Shown one piece after another: positions 18,441 to 28,100 of a stretch of DNA of 64,000 nucleotides; positions within the stretch are counted from its first letter, which is position 1, and every line of letters begins with the position of its first letter. The position numbers were made by a program, and so were the translations under genes. The notes beneath the pieces are model-generated. The model worked only from the letters and a program-made list of their open reading frames with translations, was not told the DNA's origin and made no database searches. Origin of the DNA: an uncultured bacterium (lineage in GTDB: Bacteria > Patescibacteriota > Dojkabacteria > J137); the NCBI GenBank assembly GCA_963700155.1, contig OY969472.1, positions 598,431 to 662,430 of the forward strand, given 5' to 3'.

Positions 18441-20196
18441 ATTTTACATTTTGGAGACCTCTTTTATAAATAGTATTAATTTCAGTTGGAGAAAGACTTT
18501 TATTGAAGATAGAGAATTCGTCCATAAATCCTTTAAATTTAGATGATGGACTGCCTGAGTATAGTGCTCCAATTTCCATTTTATTTTGTGTTATTGATCC
18601 AAAGGTGGTAGAAACTGTTGAAGCTGCAACACCATTTACATATGTAGTTAAATTATTCCCATTACGAACTCCTACTACATAATACCATTTTCCTGCTTCA
18701 ATAATATTGGAGTAAGTTGATCCTACTATATGACTAGCATCATCTCTAACTAAAAACGTTATGTCATTATTACCTGTAGCGAATTGAAATAATACGGCTG
18801 AACCGGCTGTAGTAGTTCGATAAGCACCGATCGTGTATGAAACAGACACTGAGTCTACATTTATCCAAGCTGATACAGAATAATTTGTTCCCAGAGTTGT
18901 TCCAGGGTAGGGATCATTAAGTTCAATATAGCTATTGCCATCAAAGTATTCTGAGTAACTACCTAATTTATAGACTAAATTAGAAAATTGGGATGAGCCT
19001 ACAATAGTACCATTTTTGCTATTGCCACTTGAATCATTTGCATTCCCGTCAAAGTGCCAAAGCCCCTGATTGTTCGACATATCAACATTATCTGTACTAT
19101 ATTGAGTTTCAATTCCTTTATTATCTGGCAAATTCTTCCCGTAAGGAGCATTTGGTAACCAATTAATATTTTGCCAAGTTGTCCCATCAGAAACAGATGT
19201 ATCAAAAACTTTTGAAGTATATTCCCCATACAGACCTGCACCTTTTTCATAATTTGTTTTAATTTCACTTGCAGACAAGGCAGTAGAGTATATCGTTGTA
19301 TCGTCTAGAGCTCCGACAAAATATCCATGCCCCCCAGAAGGATCAATAGAAATACTTTTCCAATTAAAATATCGTAAGTTACCAGATGAAGATCCATTCT
19401 TAATATACTCACCATTTAGATATAGTGATATTGTATTATTATTATTGACAACGGTAACAAAATTCCATCCAGAAAGAGTAGTGCTATAAACTAAATTATA
19501 AGGCATTAACCCAGATTTTTGCTCACATAATGTAATCCCATTAGTCCCAACATTGATTCCTAATCCGGTTCCACCTGTAACATAGTGGGGATAGAATATA
19601 GTTCTATTAGATGTTAAATTTGAAAAGCATTCAACCCCACTTCCACTTTGAGATCCAAGATGAGTAGTTGATTCAGGTTTAACCCATGTACTTATTGTAA
19701 ATGTTGTACTACTAATTTCCCCATCAGGAACATCTACATAACTAGTGTTGTCAAAATGTCCAGCTGTTCCTATCTGTCCTGTTGTAAATATTGCTCCATA
19801 AGATGTACCATTATAATTACCTAATTCATCATTCCAGTTATTCTCAAATCTCCACTGTGCAACAACCCCCGGATCGTTTGAAGGGGTAGAAGCTGGTGTA
19901 TTACTTAAAGTTAAATTACCAGAAGAATATTGAGTATTATTGTATGTACCTAAATCATATTTAGCTTGAGAATCATCAGTAATATCAGTTTGAACTTGTT
20001 TTAAAGAAGCTTCACCTCCAGTTACTTGAATCTTATTGGAATCAGATAAAGTATAGTCTGAAGGTGTAGAAAAATCCCAGGTGAAGCTGGTTGATGCAAA
20101 TAATTTAGTACCTATAAAAATTATAGGTATGCTAACCAGAACAATAATAATAAAGACTTCTTTTTTTTCAATTTTCTTAATTCTAAATTTTTTCAT
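15214..20196 (-). CDS. giant surface protein, paralogue A (1660 aa): signal anchor, LamG/ConA-like lectin modules, Cys-rich linkers, multiple Fn3/PKD-like domains
   Basis: N-terminus 'MKKFRIKKIEKKEVFIIIVLVSIPIIF' with one TM. The conserved module 'FASTSFTWDFSTPSDYTLSDSNKIQVTGGEASLKQVQT' follows. Two LamG-like modules are present (e.g. 'NYSVSAWINVDSV...YVVGVRNGNNLTTYVNG'). Repeated ~95-aa beta modules such as 'TSPADLISGPTVNATTTRKAVISWVTDRRSDSKIQIGL...TTYYYRAKWTDEDGNTG' follow. The C-terminus is 'ALDIVLKGLQDIFSFL'. Confidence 0.7.
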   Translation of the reverse strand: MKKFRIKKIEKKEVFIIIVLVSIPIIFIGTKLFASTSFTWDFSTPSDYTLSDSNKIQVTGGEASLKQVQTDITDDSQAKYDLGTYNNTQYSSGNLTLSNTPASTPSNDPGVVAQWRFENNWNDELGNYNGTSYGAIFTTGQIGTAGHFDNTSYVDVPDGEISSTTFTISTWVKPESTTHLGSQSGSGVECFSNLTSNRTIFYPHYVTGGTGLGINVGTNGITLCEQKSGLMPYNLVYSTTLSGWNFVTVVNNNNTISLYLNGEYIKNGSSSGNLRYFNWKSISIDPSGGHGYFVGALDDTTIYSTALSASEIKTNYEKGAGLYGEYTSKVFDTSVSDGTTWQNINWLPNAPYGKNLPDNKGIETQYSTDNVDMSNNQGLWHFDGNANDSSGNSKNGTIVGSSQFSNLVYKLGSYSEYFDGNSYIELNDPYPGTTLGTNYSVSAWINVDSVSVSYTIGAYRTTTAGSAVLFQFATGNNDITFLVRDDASHIVGSTYSNIIEAGKWYYVVGVRNGNNLTTYVNGVAASTVSTTFGSITQNKMEIGALYSGSPSSKFKGFMDEFSIFNKSLSPTEINTIYKRGLQNVKYQVRSCDDNACSGESFIGPDGTSNTYYSDANNTSTDLPTFALSNVSNNQYFQYKTILETDNSSYLPKISSNTFTYQNYPVDKPSVSSTNSLDLTSRPQSIDHFCEGTLDGSSNCTTTSTKPAGSEIYYQICGDTVSNCNSNNTWKYWDGAAWSNASSSANSNIASDINTNISSFSPSSKYFAFKSFLSSGGQNTPVLSDVSLDLTYDTTLPTQNATSINISGVNDGDWVKSKPQINWTEGNDNVGGSGLLGYCISLDEATPGNSSSVNPATSGGILHGLDDGVSESYCDYIATGDHVDLSSISGLTLTTGKQYYFSIKAVDVTGNIWSGASNLYQDLISFKFDNTPPENPDFISMPSNFISTKDATITWPTTGGNEATDVGAGLAGLQYRIGSGGTWYGDLHNGNQDLTDRLVNDGTYTTDPTYDYPNLSDGNNIIYFRTLDLAGNISTSSISGVLKINTNAPSEPQNLSVTPSDNTTNSYAFDWDPPGTFTGSVSNLTYCYTINTLPSVNTCTYTSAGVTSLSADAFANQPDTNTFYVVAKDEAGNINYSTYTSITFTYSGQAPGIPLNPDVADISNKDTSDWKLALTWTTPSNVGAGVSNYDVYRSTTTSASCSVSFGDFSKISTVLGTSYIDTGLSQQDYYYCIKACDSANNCSAVSSTVTKYPTGKYTSPADLISGPTVNATTTRKAVISWVTDRRSDSKIQIGLSSNDYLEAESAVSAQVTAHTVTLDNLSAGTTYYYRAKWTDEDGNTGISEEKTFSTDPAPTVKNANASNVGIDSALINFTVTNAKSVKVYYGKSTDFGGLKTIDTAFIESSYTALLSNLDDGTKYYFKINPTDVEGFEYQGTILDLTTLPRPTVSNIQIQEVKNVAQPTVDVSWSSNTEISSIVSFYPADNPDLIKNVIDIEPKTDHKLTIENLSTDTKYSLVVKGTDSIGNQATSDVHTFTTATDTRPPAISNIKVEAVNPDSQDSTAQVIVSWTTDELATSQVEFGEGSSGDYSQSTQIDRTLGLKHVVIVSNLKPSGVYHLRAVSDDSSKNESQTNNIVTIAPQKSESALDIVLKGLQDIFSFL

Positions 20197-20216
20197 TAAT
20201 TTCTACCCATACTTGA

Positions 20217-23200
20217 TTACAAAAAGCTAAAGATATCTTGTAAACCTTTCAATACAATATCGAGTGCACTCTCAGATTTCTGAGGAGCGATAGTTACAAT
20301 ATTATTAGTTTGCGATTCATTTTTACTACTATCATCAGATACAGCTCTTAAGTGATAAACACCAGATGGTTTAAGATTAGAAACAATAACAACATGTTTA
20401 AGACCTAAAGTTCTATCAACTTGAGTACTTTGACTGTAATCACCAGAAGAACCTTCACCAAATTCAACTTGACTTGTAGCAAGTTCATCAGTAGTCCAAG
20501 AAACAATAACTTGAGCAGTAGAATCTTGAGAATCAGGATTAACAGCTTCAACTTTAATGTTAGAGATAGCAGGAGGTCTAGTATCAGTAGCAGTAGTAAA
20601 TGTATGAACATCAGAAGTAGCTTGATTACCAATAGAATCTGTCCCTTTAACTACTAAGGAATATTTAGTATCTGCTAAGAGACTAGTAACTTCAAGTTTA
20701 TGCTCGGTTTTAGGTTCAATATCGATAACATTTTTAACAAGATCAGGCTGATCAACAGGATAGAATGAAACAATTGATGATATCTCAGTATTAGAAGACC
20801 AAGAGACATCAACAGTAGGTTGAGCTACATTCTTAACTTCTTGAATTTGTATATTACTTACAGTAGGTCTTGGTAATGTAGTTAAGTCTAAAATAGTCCC
20901 TTGATATTCGAATCCTTCAACATCTGTTGGATTAATTTTAAAGTAATATTTAGTGCCGTCATCTAAGTTAGTCAATAATGTAGTATATGAGCTTTCGATA
21001 AATGCAGTGTCAATTGTCTTTAATCCTCCAAAATCTGTTGATTTCCCATAATATACTTTTACAGATTTAGCATTAGTAACTGTAAAATTGATTAATGCTG
21101 AATCAATTCCAACATTAGATGCATTTGCATTCTTAACTGTTGGTGCAGGATCAGTTGAGAAAGTTTTCTCTTCACTAATACCTGTATTCCCATCTTCATC
21201 AGTCCATTTAGCTCTGTAGTAGTAAGTTGTTCCAGCAGATAAATTATCAAGAGTAACAGTATGAGCAGTAACTTGAGCAGAAACAGCACTTTCAGCTTCA
21301 AGATAATCATTAGATGCAAGTCCTATTTGAATTTTAGAGTCAGATCTTCTGTCTGTTACCCAAGAGATAACTGCTTTTCTTGTGGTAGTAGCATTAACAG
21401 TAGGACCGGAGATTAAATCAGCAGGACTGGTATATTTACCTGTAGGATATTTAGTAACAGTACTAGAAACAGCTGAGCAATTGTTAGCAGAGTCACATGC
21501 TTTGACACAATAGTAATAGTCTTGTTGGATAAGTCCAGTATCAATATATGAGGTACCTAATACTGTACTGATCTTGGAGAAGTCTCCAAAACTGGCACTA
21601 CAAGAAGCACTAGAAGTAGTAGATCTGTAAACATCATAACTAGAAACTCCAGCACCAACATTACTTGGAGTAGTCCAAGTTAAAGCTAATTTCCAATCAG
21701 AAGTATCTTTATTCGAAATATCAGCAACATCAGGATTCAATGGAATACCTGGTGCTTCTCCAGAATAGGTAAAAGTAATAGATGTATAGGTACTGTAATT
21801 AATATTTCCGGCTTCATCTTTAGCGACTACATAGAAAGTATTAGTATCAGGTTGATTAGCAAATGCATCTGCTGAAAGTGAGGTTACTCCTGCAGATAGT
21901 ATACGTGCAAGTAGTGCTACTAGGTAGAGTATTAATTGTATAACAGTATGTTAAGTTCCTAACACTACCGGTAAAAGTTCCAGGAGGATCCCAGTCAAAA
22001 GCATAAGAATTAGTAGTATTATCACTTGGTGTAACACTTAAGTTTTGTGGTTCACTAGGTGCATTAGTATTAATCTTTAAAACTCCACTAATACTTGATG
22101 TAGAAATATTCCCAGCTAAGTCTAATGTTCTAAAGTAAATGATGTTGTTACCATCAGAAAGGTTAGGATAATCATAAGTAGGATCAGTAGTATAGGTGCC
22201 GTCATTAACAAGTCGGTCAGTTAAATCTTGATTACCATTATGTAAATCTCCATACCATGTACCTCCACTGATCCAATTTTGTACTGCAATCCAGCTAAAC
22301 CAGCTCCAACATCAGTAGCTTCATTACCTCCGGTTGTTGGCCAAGTGATAGTAGCATCTTTAGTAGAGATAAAGTTAGATGGCATTGAGATAAAGTCAGG
22401 GTTCTCTGGAGGTGTATTATCAAATTTGAATGAAATTAAATCCTGGTAAAGATTAGAAGCACCACTCCAAATATTACCGGTAACATCAACAGCTTTGATA
22501 GAGAAGTAGTATTGTTTACCTGTTGTTAGAGTCAAACCAGAGATACTACTTAAGTCAACGTGATCACCAGTAGCAATGTAGTCACAATAACTTTCAGTAA
22601 CACCATCATCTAAACCATGGAGAATTCCACCACTAGTAGCAGGGTTAACACTGTTAGAGTTACCAGGAGTAGATTCATCAAGTGAAATACAATAACCTAA
22701 CAAACCACTTCCTCCAACATTATCATTACCTTCAGTCCAATTAATTTGAGGTTTAGACTTAATCCAATCACCATCATTAACTCCAGAGATATTAATGCTA
22801 GTAGCATTCTGTGTTGGTAAAGTTGTGTCGTATGTTAAGTCTAAAGATACATCTGTCAGAACAGGAGTATTCTGACCACTAGAACTTAAGAATGATTTAA
22901 ATGCAAAATATTTACTAGAAGGACTAAAGCTAGAGATATTAGTGTTAATATCAGAAGCAATATTAGAATTAGCACTTGAACTAGCATTACTCCAAGCAGC
23001 ACCATCCCAATACTTCCAGGTATTATTACTATCACAATTAGAGACAGTATCACCACAAATTTGATAATATATCTCACTTCCAGCAGGTTTAGTAGAAGTC
23101 GTAGTACAGTTACTACTACCATCTAAAGTACCTTCACAGAAGTGATCAATAGATTGTGGTCTTGATGTTAAATCTAAAGAGTTAGTAGAACTAACTGATG

Positions 23201-23445
23201 GTTTATCAACAGGATAATTTTGATAAGTAAAAGTATTACTTGAAATTTTAGGTAAGTAACTAGAATTATCAGTTTCAAGAATAGTTTTGTATTGAAAATA
23301 TTGATTATTAGAAACGTTACTTAAGGCGAAAGTTGGTAAATCAGTAGATGTATTATTAGCATCAGAGTAGTAAGTATTAGAGGTTCCATCAGGTCCGATG
23401 AAGGATTCACCTGAACAAGCATTGTCATCACAAGAACGTACCTGA
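20217..23445. repeat. ~3.2-kb near-identical direct repeat, copy 2 (3' two-thirds of paralogue B)
   Basis: See copy 1. Identity extends through the conserved C-terminus 'ALDIVLKGLQDIFSFL'. Confidence 0.8.
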
Positions 23446-25157
23446 TATTTTACATCATTTATTCCACGTTTGTATAAGGAGCCCACTTCAGAATTAGTTA
23501 AGACATGGTTAAAAATTGCTAATTCATCCATTCCACCAGTCCAGTACTGTGAATTACCTCCTCCTAAAGACATAGTTTGTATTGCCGGAGCAGTCAGTGC
23601 GGTAGTGTTAGTTCCTAGCTTGGTACCATTTTCATAGATGTTATAAACATCATTATTAAAATCCCAATCGATAGCAACATGAATCCAGGTATTTGCGGCA
23701 AATGCAATAGGGCCAGTTATTGCTCTATAGTTCAAATTAATATAAGAATAAAATCCTGAAGCAACACTATAAGATAATTGTATACCAGAAGTTGTTGTTC
23801 CCCACTGAAAAATAGGGTTATATGTTGTTGGTGGAGAGCTTGAGTTAAAACTTGGTTTCAACCATACACTTAATGTTCCTGTATTAACATTAAATCCTGT
23901 ATTTCCTAAAGTTATATAATCACCACTCCCATCAAAATAAGCACCATTACTACCAAATTTTGCAGTCGATGATGGTGTTGAATTCCCGGATGGACTTGCT
24001 GTATTATTTTGTCCACTAGAATCATTCCAATTTCCATTAAAATGCCAAAGTCCAATATTTCCACTCATATCTACATTATCTTCAGAATATTGTGTTTCAG
24101 CAGCTGCATTATTTGGAAGTTCTTTCCCATAGGGAGAATTTGGTACCCAATTAACATTTTGCCAAGTAACCCCATCTGTTATCGAAGTATTGAAAACTTT
24201 TGAAGAATACTCACCATAATGTCCAACATTTTTAAGGTAATTTTCCTTAATTTGTGTATCTGTTAATACAGTATTATATACAATTACTTCGTCTGCTGAT
24301 CCTGCTGTCCCATGTGCACCTGAAAGACTTCCTATTGCAAAAGGTGCGTTATTTGTTACTCCATTACTTATTACATCAGTATCTTCGAGGTTACCATCAA
24401 AATATAATTTCTGTGTATTTGTTGCCGCATTAAATGTACATATAACATAATGCCAATTCCCGTCAGTGATTGTAGATGTTGATGTTGAATATGCATCTGG
24501 GGCATAACAACTAACCTTATTTGCTGTAGGATAATTTGTTGTAATGAAAGAACCATTTGGACTACCAGCTAAGTGCTTTGAAATAGGGATACCTTGAGTT
24601 GTTATCGTGGTTTTTATCCAGCCACCATATGATCTATCATAATCTCCAAACTCAATTTGTGAATATTCCGGGATTGTAACGTAGTTTGTTCCAGAGAAGG
24701 AAAGTGCATTTCCTACTTTACCTGTTGTCCATGTAGGTGAACCAACAAGTGTCCCGTTATGCCCCAATCCGCTAGAATCACTTGCAGTGGTTCCTGACCC
24801 ATCGTCTAGTTTCCAAAACCCTACTAAGCCACTATCAGGCGCAGTTATATGCTGAGATGTATTTCCTAATGTTAAATTACCAGAAGAATAAAGTGTGTTT
24901 GAATATGTACCTAAATCAAATTCAGATTGAGAGTTATCAGTGATATTAGTTTGAACTTGTTTTAAAGAAGCTTCACCTCCAGTAACTTGAATCTTATTAC
25001 TGTCCGATAAAGTGTAATCAGATGGAGTAGAGAAATCCCAAGTGAAGCTAGTGGATGCAAAAAGTTTAGCAGTAATAAAAATTATTGGAATACTTATTAA
25101 AATTACTATGATTAATATTTCTTTTTTTTGAATTTTTCTAGATTTAAATCTTTTCAT
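20217..25157 (-). pseudogene. giant surface protein, paralogue B; reading frame broken by two single-nucleotide insertions (near 22275 and 21905), splitting it into 22221..25157, a middle piece, and 20217..21740
   Basis: Piece 22221..25157 (978 aa) has the same N-terminal module as A but different LamG cassettes. Piece 20217..21740 (507 aa) is ~97% identical to the C-terminus of A. In between, B has 'ggatcagtggagg' where A has 'ggaagtggagg', and 'gcagatagtatac' where A has 'gcgctagtatat'. Each is a 1-nt insertion that shifts the frame, and a TAA follows in the shifted frame. Confidence 0.6.
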
Positions 25158-25169
25158 TATATATTTTAA

Positions 25170-28100
25170 TTACAAAAAGCTGAAAATATCTTGCAAACCT
25201 CTTAAGACAATATCTAATGCATTCTCGGATCTCTGAGGAGTAATAGTAACAATATTATTGCTTAAGGTTTCGTTTTTGCTACCATCTTCTGAAACTGCTT
25301 CTAAGTGATATACACTTGATGGTTTCAGGTTTGAGATAATGACTACATGCTTTAAGCTCAAACTTCTATCAATTTGAGTCCCTTGAGCGAAGGAACCTCC
25401 GGTTCCTTCGCCATAAAGAACTTGACTTGTTGCTAGCTCATCTGTAGTCCAAGACACTACAATTTGAGCAGTAGAATCTTGAGAATCAGGATTCACAGCT
25501 TCAATTTTTATATTAGAAATTTCTGGTGGTCTTGTATCTGTTGCTGTAGTAAAAGTATGAACTTCTGAAGTCGCTTCATTGCCGATAGCATCTGTACCTT
25601 TAACAACAAGTGAGTATTTAGTGTCGGCATTTAAAGTTGCAACCTCAAGCTTGTGATCAGTTTTCAAATCAAGATCAATAACATTTTTTACAAGGTCAGG
25701 ATTATCAGCTGGATAGAATGAAACAATAGATGATATATCTGTATTTGATGACCAGGTTACATCAATTGTAGGTTGAGCAACATTCTTAACTTCTTGAATT
25801 TGTATATTACTTACAGTTGGTCTAGGAAGAGTAGTGAAATCCAGAACAGTTCCTTGATATTCTGTACCTTCTGTGTCGGTTGGATTAATTTTGAAATAAT
25901 ATTTCACACCATCAGTTAACTCTGTTAATACAGCAGTATAAGAACTTTCAATAAATGCAGTATCTAGTTCCTGTACTGCTCCAAATCCTGTAGTTTTACC
26001 ATAATATATTTTTACTAAGTTAGCATTATTACTTGTAAATTTAATTAAAGCTGAATCAATTCCAACGTTTGTAACTTTAACATTTGTAATAACAGGAGGT
26101 GGATCGGTAGTGAATGATTTTTCTCCACTTGTGCCAGTATTTCCATCTTCATCAGTCCACTTGACTATATAGTAATATGTAGTACCAGCCTTAAGATTAT
26201 TGAGTGTTACTGTATGTGCAGTGACCTGAGCGGAAATACCGACTTCTTCTTCAAAGTAATCACCAGAGGATAAACCATATTGAATTTTAGAGTCGGATCT
26301 TCTATCTGTTACCCACGAGATAACTCCCTTTGTAGTAGTTTTTGCATTTAATGAAGGGCCTGAGATCAGATCGGCAGGACTAGTATATTTCCCTGTAGGA
26401 TATTTAGTAACTGTACTGGATACTGCAGAACAGTTGTTAGCAGAGTCACATGCCTTCACACAATAGTAATAGTCCTGTTGGCTAAGTCCTGAATCAACAT
26501 AAGATGTTCCTAATACTGTACTAACTTTATTAAAGTCACCAAAATCAGAACTACAAGAAGCACTAGCAGTTGTAGATCTATATACATCATAATTAGAAAC
26601 TCCAGCTCCAACATTACTTGGGGTAGACCAAGTTACAGCTAATTTCCATTCTGAAGTATCCTTATTGGAGATATCTGCAACATCGGGATTTAAAGGAATC
26701 CCTGGAGCTTCACCTGAATAAGTAAAGGTAATTGATATATTGGTACTATAATTAATATTCCCAGCTTCGTCTTTAGCAACAACATAGAAAGTATTGGTGT
26801 CAGGCTGGTTAGCAAATGCATCGGCTGATAAACTTGTTACACCCGCACTAGTATATGTACAAGTAGTTGAGCTTGGCAAGGTGTTAACAGTATAACAATA
26901 TGTTATCGCTGAAACACTTCCTGTGTAAGTTGCCGGAGGATCCCAATCAAATGCGTATGAGTTGGCGGTGTTATCAGAAGGTGTTACACTTAAGTTTTGT
27001 GGTTCACTAGGAGCAGTTGTATTGACTTTTAATAAACCATTTACCGTTGAACTGGAAACATTTCCTGCAAGGTCCAATGTTCTGAAATATATAATATTGT
27101 TTCCATCAGATAGGTTAGGGTAATCATAAGTGGGGTCAGTAGTATATGTACCATCATTAACAAGAAGATCCATTAAATCTTCACTCCCAGTATGTAAATC
27201 TCCATACCATGTACCTCCAGAACCAATCTTATATTGTAATCCATCTAAACCAGCACCAACATCGTTAGCAGCATTACTATCACCAACAGGCCAAGTAATA
27301 GTTGCGTCTTTAGTAGAGATAAAGTTAGACGGCATAGAGATAAATGTAGGATTAGTAGGAGGGGTATTGTCATATCTAAATGATATTAAATCTTGATAAT
27401 CTCCTGATGATCCACTCCAAATATTACCGACGACATCAACAGCTTTAATAGAGAAGTAGTATTGTTTACCTGTTGTTAAAGTAAGTCCTGGAATACTACT
27501 AAGGTCAACATGATCTCCTGTAGCAATAAAGTCACAATAAGTGTCTGTTACTCCATCATCAAGACCATGAAGAATGCCAGCACTAGTAGCAGGGTTAATA
27601 CTACTGGAGTTATCAGGTTCAGCTTCATCTAAGGCAATGCAATATCCAAGGATTCCACTTCCATTAACATTATCATCACCTTCAGTCCAGTTGATTGTTG
27701 GTTTAGATTTGACCCAGTCACCATCATTTACATCTGAAATATTTATACTGGTGGCATTCTGTATAGGTGCAGTTGTATCATAAGTTACATCAAGTGACAC
27801 ATCAGAGAGTACTGGTGTATTTTGACCACCGGAGCTTAAGAAAGATTTAAATGAAAAGAACTTACTAGAAGGACGAAAGATAGAAATATTAGTATTAATT
27901 GTACTTGCAGTATTAGAGTTAGAACTTGAGCTTGCATTGCTCCAAGCAGCACCATCCCAATACTTCCAAGTATTATTAGAATTACAATTAGAAACAGTAT
28001 CGCTACATACTTGATAATATAGTTCGGTATTTGTAGGCTTAGTAGAAGTAGTAGTACAGTTACTACTTCCATCTAAAGTACCTTCACAGAAATGATCGAT

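Noticed and set aside
15214-23445. Diversity-generating retroelement (template/variable repeat) as an explanation for the A/B near-identical repeat
   Set aside because: No reverse transcriptase ORF is present. The repeat is 3.2 kb, not ~100-150 bp. Mismatches between copies are not adenine-specific.
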